A DNA stretch of 35,042 bases from the sequence record SRR22947725_1729; one strand, 5' to 3'. Below, piece by piece: positions 1-8,110 of this stretch; position 1 is the first letter of the stretch, and each line of letters opens with the position of its first letter. The position numbers and the translations under genes were made by a program. The notes beneath the pieces were generated by a model. That model saw nothing but the letters and a program-made list of their open reading frames with translations, was not told the origin of the DNA and searched no databases.

Positions 1-2
1 TA

Positions 3-947
3 TCCACCGAAGATTATTTGAAGCAGGTAGAGGCAGCTTGCGAGTTCCTGACAGGGCAATCGCAAGAGATGGAAAAAGATCTCAAGCAAATGATGCAAAA
101 GGCGGCAGAAACGCTTGACTTCGAGAAAGCCGCTGAGCTGCGCGACATGCTTCAGGACCTCAAGAAAGCCACTCAGAAAACAGGTAAATTTTCACGCCTT
201 CCATACAAACTACCATTGGCTATCGACCCGGTATCTGATTTAACAGAGCTGAGAAAAGTTCTGAGCATTCGAAAAATACCGGTCCGAATCGAGGGTTTCG
301 ACATCTCCAACATCAGTGGAACCTTCAAGGTCGCCTCCATGGTCAGGTTTAGAAATGGTCGCCCAGACAGATCCAACTACCGGCGCTATAAAATGAAAAC
401 CGTGCAGGGGCAGGATGATTTTGCCTGCATGGCGGAGACCGTTCGTCGACGGTACACGAGACTGCTCAAAGAAGCAGGAGAGCAAAAAACGGATCTGGAA
501 TCCAGTGAATCACCTTTTCCTGAATTGATCCTGATAGATGGAGGCAAGGGACAACTCGGAGCAGCCTGCGAGGAACTTGCGAAACTCGGCCTCAGCAAGA
601 TTCCCATTATAGGACTCGCAAAGGAATTTGAAGAAATTTACCAACCCGGAAAACCCGACCCCATTCGATTGGACCATCGTTCCGGTGCACTCAAACTCCT
701 TCAACGCGTCCGTGACGAATCGCATCGATTCGCAAACACCTTCAACGCGCAATTGAGGCTCAAGAAAATTTCAGAAAGCTTACTGGATGAGTTCCCGGGG
801 ATCGGTCAATCCAGAAAAGCCGCGCTTTTAAAAAAGTTCGGATCCGTTCAACGCATTAAGACAGCGAGTCTTGAAGAAATATCACAATTACCGGGGTTTG
901 GTGGTAAAACGGCTGAAAAACTAAAACTTTTTCTGGCCGCAAGGTGA
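3..947 (+). CDS. uvrC: Excinuclease ABC subunit C, 5'-truncated by the window edge
   Basis: UVR coiled coil (LDFEKAAELRD), RNase H-like motifs RIEGFDISN, DDFACM.E...RRY, LIDGGKGQL, RDESHRFA, and C-terminal HhH (PGIG...LLKKFGS). The frame is open back to position 3. Confidence 0.97.
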   Translation, partial: STEDYLKQVEAACEFLTGQSQEMEKDLKQMMQKAAETLDFEKAAELRDMLQDLKKATQKTGKFSRLPYKLPLAIDPVSDLTELRKVLSIRKIPVRIEGFDISNISGTFKVASMVRFRNGRPDRSNYRRYKMKTVQGQDDFACMAETVRRRYTRLLKEAGEQKTDLESSESPFPELILIDGGKGQLGAACEELAKLGLSKIPIIGLAKEFEEIYQPGKPDPIRLDHRSGALKLLQRVRDESHRFANTFNAQLRLKKISESLLDEFPGIGQSRKAALLKKFGSVQRIKTASLEEISQLPGFGGKTAEKLKLFLAAR

Positions 948-953
948 GCATAC

Positions 954-979
954 AAAAGCCTTTAACCCGAGAAAAAGGC
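954..979 (-). terminator. Weak candidate intrinsic terminator between convergent uvrC and the dioxygenase gene
   Basis: GCCTTT-N10-AAAGGC stem, followed by TTTT on the minus strand. Confidence 0.3.
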
Positions 980-988
980 AAGCTCCTC

Positions 989-2161
989 TCAAGCCTGTCT
1001 AGTCGTGGTGCGCTCCAAAAGCGCCTGTTTCAATCGCCCGGAATCCCATCGTTCTCTCAATGCCCGTAACCAAAGCTGTTGACATGTTTCAGGCGCACTG
1101 CCATGCATGGGAGGATCAGAATCCAGATTGGTTGGAAAGGAGTATCCATCGGCAAAGGCAGAAACCACGTCTCGCAATTGTCGATCCGAGATTGCCCCTT
1201 CCTTCAACCGATCCAGGAGTCGAGGATGTATCAACTTGACCATCTGAGTTCGATTGACTTGCTCCATCGCACGGCCGAATGCTGACGAAACCTGCAGCAA
1301 ATTAGCCATGCGATCCTTCGCCGTTCGATTCGCACCAGCTGCATGAAATAAAGCAGGGCTGAAGAACAGCATATCTCCACATTTGAATGCCAGCTGAGAT
1401 CGATGTTTTTCAAAAACCTTCATGAAAGCAGGAAGACGATAAGCAAGATAACCTGCCGGAAAATGATGTGAAAAGGGGAGCAACAAGGTGGGTCCGGATT
1501 CAACAGGCATGTCAGTGTGCGCTACGGCACCCTGCAGTGTGAGGTATTGAGATGCCATTTGAGCATGGGCAGGAAACTGGTGACTGACTGCTTCAGGTTG
1601 AAATCCGAGATGATAATCACGGTGCACCGATTGTGCCTCCCCACCCGGTTTCACATTGTTGACCTGAGCGGTGACTTGATAGCCCGGCCCAAGCCAGGCT
1701 CTCGAGGCCAGAGCAAGCAGCGGATTTCCATAATAATCCACGCAAAGCCCAGGGTCTACACTACAAGCCTTTTGAAGGGAATTCCAGATGCGCTCATTGG
1801 TTCCAAAATGGTCCCCCTTTGCTTGCCCATCGAGTTTTTCCTGGTAAATCCGCGACTGAAAAACCTTGGTCATTTTGTCTACATGCGAAAGATTCTCATA
1901 GGCGTTCCGGATCACAAAAACCCCAGGCCCATCCCGCAAACAACGACAGAGTTCAGATGTAAGAACGAGCTCCTTGCTCGGATCCATCAGCGCAGCCCTG
2001 AGATCATCCCCCTGATAAATAAGGATATTCTGTTCTACAGCTTCAGCGTGCGGATAATTTTCCAGAGAGAGCTGATGCTCGCATTCGGCTTGCAGTTTCT
2101 CTGGGTGGAAGTCATTTACCGAAAAGAAACTTGGTAGGCCCTTATTGAGGGGGATGTCCAT
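989..2161 (-). CDS. Phytanoyl-CoA dioxygenase (PhyH) family Fe(II)/2-oxoglutarate dioxygenase
   Basis: HxD motif (HRDYH), distal His and Arg in FHAAGANRT..DR, and SGPT.LLP.SH typical of PhyH; 390 aa ORF. Confidence 0.85.
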   Translation of the reverse strand: MDIPLNKGLPSFFSVNDFHPEKLQAECEHQLSLENYPHAEAVEQNILIYQGDDLRAALMDPSKELVLTSELCRCLRDGPGVFVIRNAYENLSHVDKMTKVFQSRIYQEKLDGQAKGDHFGTNERIWNSLQKACSVDPGLCVDYYGNPLLALASRAWLGPGYQVTAQVNNVKPGGEAQSVHRDYHLGFQPEAVSHQFPAHAQMASQYLTLQGAVAHTDMPVESGPTLLLPFSHHFPAGYLAYRLPAFMKVFEKHRSQLAFKCGDMLFFSPALFHAAGANRTAKDRMANLLQVSSAFGRAMEQVNRTQMVKLIHPRLLDRLKEGAISDRQLRDVVSAFADGYSFPTNLDSDPPMHGSAPETCQQLWLRALRERWDSGRLKQALLERTTTRQA

Positions 2162-2368
2162 AGTATCTTGATCCTTTCAGAAGGATGATCATATAGCAAC
2201 TCGAATGGATAGAGGGTGATGTCGATTCATGGTAAGCCCACCTTGGAACCCATGGTTTGCCGCCGGTTCTGGCAGAGGAGAAAGACTATTAGGGTTTCGC
2301 GGGGTTCTTGAGGGTTAAGTCAAAGGATGGGTTGACTTGGATCTCATTGATGAGGTCCAGCTGACATT

Positions 2369-3361
2369 TCAGTCAAAAGCAGCATCATTTTCTCGCAGGG
2401 ATGAAATCCACCAAGCAAGTAAAGCTGGCAAACCAACCATCAATTCCCGAGCTCTTCTTGCTAGCGAAAGTGCCAACCCTTGACTTACAGGAATGCCCAG
2501 GCTGGCACCAATGAGGGTGATCGTTCCTTCCTGAGCTCCGAGGCCGCCGGGAATGAGGAATGCCGCCATTCGAATCGTTTGTGCAAGACTTTCGAGGATG
2601 ACCGCTTCATGGTACATGATGGGATGTCCCATCAGGGTCATGATTAAATATATTTCACCGGCCATCCCAAATCGGAAAGCCATCCGCCAGCTAAAAGCAC
2701 GCATCAACACAAGCGGGGTGCTGTAGATTTCTCTGACTCGAAGGTCCATGGATTCAGACAAGCGGTTGAGAGACTCTGATTTTTCCTGCTTCATCATTTT
2801 TTGTAGCAGACGCGAAGACATCGCAAACAAACCCCGTTTTTGAATCCGCAACAGGAAGATAACCATCGCGAGCAAAATCAGCATGGCAAGGCCGCCACCC
2901 ATAAAGACAGCCTTGTCCCAGCGATGAAACATCAACAACACGAGACCGAGGGGAGCAAAACATATCTGTGCCAATACCTGAAATGTTTTGTCGATGACCA
3001 TGGTCGCCCAAGGTTCGATGTCCTTGTTGGGTTTTGCAAGAAGCCGCGCCTTGACAAGTTCCCCACCAATTTGCGCTACGGGCAGCAGCCAATTACAGGC
3101 AAGCCCAATCCAGGAGGCGAGGAAGAAAGTCCAGAACCCACGATCGCGATTTTTGGCAAACAAAGTTCTCCAGGCCTGTCCAGCCAGCGCGATTGGCAGG
3201 AAGAAGTAGCATCCCACCCAAAGAAACTGCCAGCCGATATTGGCAAGTATGGGAGATACTGTTCCCCATCCGATTCGCTGAAAGAGCAAGGTCAACAAAC
3301 TTATTCCAATCAGTAACGCCACCAATCGGGAATTTGCCATAAGAAACGGGAAGGATGACAT
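2369..3361 (-). CDS. Lysylphosphatidylglycerol synthase TM / flippase-like (HpnL-like) integral membrane protein
   Basis: Multiple TM helices with motifs LLP.AQIGGELVKA, IDK and PGGLGAQEG. The start is more likely ATG 3361 or 3340 than 3526. Confidence 0.8.
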   Translation of the reverse strand: MSSFPFLMANSRLVALLIGISLLTLLFQRIGWGTVSPILANIGWQFLWVGCYFFLPIALAGQAWRTLFAKNRDRGFWTFFLASWIGLACNWLLPVAQIGGELVKARLLAKPNKDIEPWATMVIDKTFQVLAQICFAPLGLVLLMFHRWDKAVFMGGGLAMLILLAMVIFLLRIQKRGLFAMSSRLLQKMMKQEKSESLNRLSESMDLRVREIYSTPLVLMRAFSWRMAFRFGMAGEIYLIMTLMGHPIMYHEAVILESLAQTIRMAAFLIPGGLGAQEGTITLIGASLGIPVSQGLALSLARRARELMVGLPALLAWWISSLRENDAAFD

Positions 3362-3713
3362 ATAGGGAAGAAATTGATAAATCTGTGCCCAATATACGCA
3401 TACGATGCAACTGATCAAGCAAGACCGAGGCAAAGGCAGTGAAAAGGCAATGGAGGGGCGTGCTGCCACGTCATCCAGAGACTGCCGCTTGCGAAGCTCA
3501 AACCACACCGCGCTGACCGCAGCCACGCAGCCGCCTGAGACGATCCATTCAGGTGAAGCGGATCAGCCAACATCAGATCAAGACACAGGCGATCTACGAA
3601 CTCAGATCCATTGATTCTGGAACTTGAAATCAACGCCGATTATTTTGATGGTGAGTGGCACCGGACGGATGTTGAATGTGTGAATAATGACTCAAAATAT
3701 TTCAGTTCAAATA

Positions 3714-3742
3714 TTGACACCAAAAGGCTTATTTGGTTTGAT
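3714..3742 (+). promoter_or_regulatory. Putative sigma70 promoter of rplU-rpmA
   Basis: Perfect TTGACA (3714-3719), 17 bp spacer, TG-n-TTTGAT (3737-3742), AT-rich upstream sequence; 32 bp before the rplU ATG. Confidence 0.55.
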
Positions 3743-3774
3743 CGTCGTTCCTACTTAAGGGATAAATTTGGATT

Positions 3775-4086
3775 ATGTACGCGGTTCTAGAAACAGGTGG
3801 CAAGCAATACCGAGTGAAATCTGGCGATAAGCTAGAGATCGAACGTTTAGACGTCGAGGCTGGAAAGCCTGTGACATTTAATAAAATTTTAATGGTCAAC
3901 AATGATGGAGACTTGAAAGTCGGCGCGCCGACAGTCGATTCAGCGACAGTTGTGGCAGATGTGCTTAAGCACAAGCGAGGCCCCAAGGTATTGACATACA
4001 AATTGCGACGCCGTAAGGCTCACCGAAAAACCATCGGTCATCGTCAGGAGATCACCGTCATTCAAGTCAAAGAAATCAACGCATAA
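3775..4086 (+). CDS. rplU: 50S ribosomal protein L21
   Basis: MYAVLETGGKQYRV...GHRQ, 103 aa. Confidence 0.99.
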   Translation: MYAVLETGGKQYRVKSGDKLEIERLDVEAGKPVTFNKILMVNNDGDLKVGAPTVDSATVVADVLKHKRGPKVLTYKLRRRKAHRKTIGHRQEITVIQVKEINA

Positions 4087-4101
4087 GACAAGGATTCAAC
4101 C

Positions 4102-4350
4102 ATGGCACATAAAAAAGGACAGGGTAGTTCACGTAACGGTCGCGACAGTAACAGCAAACGTCTTGGCGTGAAGAAATTTGGCGGTCAAACCGTGCGCGCA
4201 GGCAACATCCTCATCCGTCAGCGCGGCAGCAAGTTTGTTCCTGGCGTCAATGTTGGACAAGGACGCGACTGGACTTTATTCGCACTTTCAGACGGCAAGG
4301 TTTTCTTCGACAAGGACAGCCGCCGCGTGAACGTCGAATCTGTGGCCTAG
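4102..4350 (+). CDS. rpmA: 50S ribosomal protein L27
   Basis: [31 protein letters not shown]-like sequence upstream. Confidence 0.99.
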   Translation: MAHKKGQGSSRNGRDSNSKRLGVKKFGGQTVRAGNILIRQRGSKFVPGVNVGQGRDWTLFALSDGKVFFDKDSRRVNVESVA

Positions 4351-4400
4351 TTTTTCCATTGGACGACTCATCGTAGAAGTCTCAAACAAAGCATTTACAC

Positions 4401-4428
4401 AAGGCGAGGCTAAGCCTCGCCTTTTTTT
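4401..4428 (+). terminator. Rho-independent terminator after rpmA
   Basis: AAGGCGAGGC-TAA-GCCTCGCCTT perfect stem running into a T7 tract. Confidence 0.9.
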
Positions 4429-4491
4429 GTCCGTTAATCAGGCTGTTACACAGAATAAACGGTCCCGCTCACTTCTCACCTTCTTTTAGAT

Positions 4492-5691
4492 ATGTTCATC
4501 GATTCAGTCAAAATCTATGCCAAAGCCGGAGACGGTGGTAATGGCTGCATCGCATTGCTGCGCGAAGCTTTCCGCCCTAAAGGTGGCCCCTCGGGGGGCG
4601 ATGGAGGCAGGGGAGGTGACATTATTCTCGAAGCAAGCCACGACATTAATAACCTTGTTGCACAGTATTACTGTCCGAGAACACGTGCTAAAAGCGGCCT
4701 TCCTGGTCTGGGCAAAAACAAAACCGGAAAAAGCGGTGCAACTGTCGTTATCAAAGTCCCCTGCGGGACGACCGTTTGGAGGTTCCTTGACCCTTCAGCA
4801 CCCAAAGTCGAAAAACCTAGCCAGAAAATGCCTCTTCTTCGATCCAATCAAGATAAGGAAGAAATCGAGGATGATGATGAGGAATTGCAAGAAAATGAAG
4901 CCCTGAAATCCGCAAAAATCCGACAAAGAGGGCCTGAGAAAGCAATGGAATTGAACTTGGAGCACCAAGAAGAGGATGCCGGCCAAGCTGATTCAGCCGT
5001 TCAGAGGGAATTAGTGGTTGATTTGGTGGAGCATGGCCAGCAAATCCTGCTGTGCCGAGGAGGCAAGGGTGGTCTGGGGAATCAACATTTTGCCAATTCA
5101 CGCAACCAGACTCCCCGCATTGCGCAGCCAGGCAAGCCGGGCGAGGAGGGTACATACATTCTTGAGTTACGCATTTTGGCGGAAATTGGCCTGGTAGGTT
5201 ATCCAAACGCAGGAAAATCAACCCTTCTGACTGCGCTTTCCAAAGCACGCCCCAAGATTGCTGCGTATCCATTTACGACGCTTCATCCTCAGATAGGAGT
5301 CATGGAGTTTGAAGATTATCATCGAATGACCGTTTGCGACATTCCCGGCCTAATCGATGGGGCGCACCAGAACGTCGGGCTCGGTCACGCGTTTCTTCGC
5401 CATATTCAGCGCTGCAAGGCTCTGGTTCTCCTGATTGATATGGCTGGAACGGATGCACGCAAGCCGTGGGATGACTACGATCAGCTAAGACAGGAACTCG
5501 AATTATACGATCCCGAAATGCTCAAAAAACCTTTCATCGTAGCCGCCAACAAAATGGACATGCCAGAGGCCGTCGACTACTATAAGAAGTTCAGGCGAAG
5601 AGTAAAAGGCGTAACGGTTTTTAAGCTGGCAGCTGCATTCGATGAAGGACTGGATAAGCTGAAGCAATCCATGCGCGAGATAGGCACTTGA
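4492..5691 (+). CDS. obgE: Obg/CgtA GTPase with an internal acidic insertion
   Basis: MFID.VKI..KAGDGGNG, GGP.GGDGGRGG, G1 GYPNAGKS, G2 YPFTT, G3 DIPG, G4 NKMD; canonical synteny with rplU-rpmA. Confidence 0.98.
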   Translation: MFIDSVKIYAKAGDGGNGCIALLREAFRPKGGPSGGDGGRGGDIILEASHDINNLVAQYYCPRTRAKSGLPGLGKNKTGKSGATVVIKVPCGTTVWRFLDPSAPKVEKPSQKMPLLRSNQDKEEIEDDDEELQENEALKSAKIRQRGPEKAMELNLEHQEEDAGQADSAVQRELVVDLVEHGQQILLCRGGKGGLGNQHFANSRNQTPRIAQPGKPGEEGTYILELRILAEIGLVGYPNAGKSTLLTALSKARPKIAAYPFTTLHPQIGVMEFEDYHRMTVCDIPGLIDGAHQNVGLGHAFLRHIQRCKALVLLIDMAGTDARKPWDDYDQLRQELELYDPEMLKKPFIVAANKMDMPEAVDYYKKFRRRVKGVTVFKLAAAFDEGLDKLKQSMREIGT

Positions 5692-5715
5692 TTGCAAACC
5701 CTTGACGCCACTCGC

Positions 5716-6390
5716 CTAGAAGCCACGGTCCGGATTTTTTTGAGAAGCATGCTGAAGACCTTTTGGAGTTTCTAGAATGGTATTCAGAGCGATAGCTGTC
5801 CTCAATTGAGGAGCATTCCGCACCCAACGCCTTAATTTTCTTGGGCTTATGCCCGTTTGGGGAAGGGTGTGTGTTGTTTTTTGAGATAAAGCAGTTTTTT
5901 TCCGGCGAGCAGCTTTTTTGGCATTGGCTAACTTGGTCCCCGCTTCCTTTTTGATACGCTCAGCATCCGCTAATTTCTTTTTCTGGGCAGCCAGAGGATC
6001 TGGTTCTCCAAATGTTTCGCGATGCTGCTCTCCAAATATTTCGCGATGCTGCTCTCCAAATATTTCACGATCCTGCTCTCCAAAAGATTCGGGAGAGTTT
6101 TCCCTGCGGACAGCAGGCTCTTCGAGAACCTCCACCACGGGCGAATCCTTGGCAAGACGCTTTAACTCCTGCTCTAGATGCGCAAAAATCTTAGGAAGCT
6201 TGCGTTGAGGTGAATCTCCAAGGGCTGGTTCAGGAGCCCCTGTTGCACGCCCAGTGGTGATTGGAGGAACCGATGAACTGTCATCTTCTTTTTTGGCAGC
6301 CCGACGTTTGCTTATCCAATCGGACACTGCAGACAACAAAGCAATGACCAGAAACAGGAAAAAACCGTTATCTAAAAATGCCAGCATCAC
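5716..6390 (-). CDS. Hypothetical membrane-anchored protein downstream of floA (YqfB-like position)
   Basis: N-terminal TM helix, low-complexity and charged body, C-terminal LR.AI.L..IL..PK motif; co-oriented after floA. Start is GTG 6390 or ATG 6387. Confidence 0.7.
   Translation of the reverse strand: MMLAFLDNGFFLFLVIALLSAVSDWISKRRAAKKEDDSSSVPPITTGRATGAPEPALGDSPQRKLPKIFAHLEQELKRLAKDSPVVEVLEEPAVRRENSPESFGEQDREIFGEQHREIFGEQHRETFGEPDPLAAQKKKLADAERIKKEAGTKLANAKKAARRKKTALSQKTTHTLPQTGISPRKLRRWVRNAPQLRTAIALNTILETPKGLQHASQKNPDRGF
6005..6084. repeat. In-frame 24 bp tandem repeat, 3.3 copies
   Basis: TCTCCAAATRTTTCRCGATSCTGC at 6005, 6029 and 6053, plus a partial copy at 6077; encodes FGEQ[DH]RE[IT] on the minus strand. 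Confidence 0.95.
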
Positions 6391-6429
6391 GAGTAATTGC
6401 CATTGGGACCTTCACTGTTTGAGCAGGAA

Positions 6430-7452
6430 TCAGCCGTCTATGGAGGCATCCGGCCGATCATCATCCTTGCCGATAGCATCGCGCATGGTGGTGTCTGCCT
6501 GAATGTTATTTAGACGATAATGGTCCATTACACCCAGATTCCCGCTGCGAAAGGCTTCAGAAATAGCGAGTGGGACCTGAGCTTCGGCTTCAACCACTCG
6601 AGCACGCATCTCCTCGACACGGGCAACCATTTCCTGTTCCGTGGCAACCGCGGCTGCACGCCTTACTTCAGCCTGAGCCTGAGCAATGAGTTTGTTAGCG
6701 TCAGCCTGTTCAGCTTGCAGTTTGGCTCCGACATTTTCGCCAACATCTACGTCTGCGATATCGATTGATAGAATTTCGAACGCCGTATTGCTGTCCAATG
6801 ACTTGCCCAAGACAGTCTTGGAAATTCGGTCTGGATTCTCGAGGACGTCCTTGTATGAGTCAGAGGAACCAATGGTGGAAACAATGCCCTCCCCTACCCT
6901 TGCAACGATGGTTTCCTCAGTAGCGCCACCGACAAAACGGTCGAGGTTGGTTCGAACAGTCACCCGGGCACGGGCCTTGATCACAATCCCATCCTTTGCG
7001 ACGGCATCGATAGTGCCCTTACCGGCATTTGGATTCGGACAGTCGATGACACGAGGATTGACAGAAGTTTTGACAGCCTCAATGACCGTTTTACCAGTGC
7101 CCTTGGTAGCGAGATCGATAGCACAGGCACGATCGTATTCGAGCCGAATGTTCGCTTTGCGCGCAGCAATGAGGGATTGCACCACCATTTCAATACTGCC
7201 ACCGGCAAGAAAATGGGCTGATAAATCGTCAATGCCCAGCGAAATTCCGGATTTGATGGCGGTAATCCTGACATTAACGACTAGACCAACCGGAGCATTC
7301 TGCAATCTAAGTGCAACCAACTCGGTGATGGATACTCGAGCGCCTGAGAAGAGAGCTCTTAACCAAATCGTGAAGAAGTTGATCATGAGCAGTGCTCCAA
7401 CAAGGACGATGACGATGACTAGGCCCAAGCCGAAAATCTCTAATGTAGACAT
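6430..7452 (-). CDS. floA: Flotillin-like protein FloA (YqfA/UPF0365)
   Basis: [77 protein letters not shown]. Confidence 0.95.
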   Translation of the reverse strand: MSTLEIFGLGLVIVIVLVGALLMINFFTIWLRALFSGARVSITELVALRLQNAPVGLVVNVRITAIKSGISLGIDDLSAHFLAGGSIEMVVQSLIAARKANIRLEYDRACAIDLATKGTGKTVIEAVKTSVNPRVIDCPNPNAGKGTIDAVAKDGIVIKARARVTVRTNLDRFVGGATEETIVARVGEGIVSTIGSSDSYKDVLENPDRISKTVLGKSLDSNTAFEILSIDIADVDVGENVGAKLQAEQADANKLIAQAQAEVRRAAAVATEQEMVARVEEMRARVVEAEAQVPLAISEAFRSGNLGVMDHYRLNNIQADTTMRDAIGKDDDRPDASIDG

Positions 7453-7542
7453 ATGCGTAGTTGATTAAGAAGTAAATTGGTTATAAGAAAACAATAGCAG
7501 GCCGAGGGTGACATTGCAAAACATAGTGGTAAAAATCCGAGT

Positions 7543-8004
7543 TTAATCCTCCTGACGAACAACAACTCGGAGTCCTTCGACATCAATGACGCCGACACGC
7601 GTGTCGCGCTCAATCAAATTCCCTTCGGAAACCACGTCAATCTTGCCGCCTGAATCCAAGCGCACAGCTCCACTTGGCCTCAGGTCAGTCAACGCAACCC
7701 CTTTTTGCCCAACCAGCTCTGGACGCTCATTACCCAAAGTTCCGATTGAACTTTTCGACACAAATCGTTCAGCCAGTTTGCTGTCAGGGAAAAAACGCAA
7801 CCACGCGATGAATTCAATTCCAGCCAATAAAATGATTCCGATTGCAAGATAATGACTGTCAGGAGCATCGTATTCCCGGTAAGTAGCCATGATGGCAAAA
7901 AGAAAACAAAAAGCACCAATGGTTCCGGCAATCATGCCTGGAATGAAAATCTCGGCTAGTAGCAGCAGACTTCCAACCACAAGCAAGGTGACGATGATCG
8001 ACAT
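7543..8004 (-). CDS. nfeD: Short NfeD family protein (TM helices plus C-terminal OB fold)
   Basis: AEIFIPG, G.ALTDLRPSG, DVVSEG..I, V.VIDVEGLRVVV; directly upstream of floA; likely start ATG 8004. Confidence 0.9.
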   Translation of the reverse strand: MSIIVTLLVVGSLLLLAEIFIPGMIAGTIGAFCFLFAIMATYREYDAPDSHYLAIGIILLAGIEFIAWLRFFPDSKLAERFVSKSSIGTLGNERPELVGQKGVALTDLRPSGAVRLDSGGKIDVVSEGNLIERDTRVGVIDVEGLRVVVRQED

Positions 8005-8110
8005 GGTCCTAACATAGGTTCGGCTCATGGGCGAAACAAGTCGGAATCTTTCGACTGTATACTTGATGCATCGAATGCATTTCATTTAGCTTTCACATAG
8101 CACCCTGATC

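Noticed and set aside
2300-2316. CGGGGTTCTTGAGGGTT resembles the 3' arm of the T7 terminator (vector contamination?)
   Set aside because: Short and imperfect, with no matching 5' arm or T tract and no other vector sequence.
3465-3486. GCCAC...CCAGAGACTGCC loosely resembles a cobalamin riboswitch 3' end
   Set aside because: The other conserved elements (e.g. GGGAA, B12 box) are missing and no B12-related gene lies downstream.
3362-3526. N-terminal extension of the flippase-like ORF to 3526
   Set aside because: The extension is not family-like; the first TM segment begins after ATG 3361/3340.
4786-5004. ObgE insertion as an intein or intron
   Set aside because: No intein terminal residues, too short, low complexity, and the frame is intact.
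6005-6084. 24 bp repeats as a mini CRISPR array
   Set aside because: The units are head-to-tail without spacers, in frame within a CDS, and there are no cas genes.
6686-7468. 260 aa antisense ORF opposite floA (likewise 1517..2137, 11418..12125, 15086..15658, 27136..27588)
   Set aside because: Shadow ORFs of well-supported genes, with no recognisable motifs.
8066-8080. ATGCAT-N3-ATGCAT palindrome between nfeD and the PPC gene
   Set aside because: Short, single occurrence, no recognised regulator; not distinguishable from chance.
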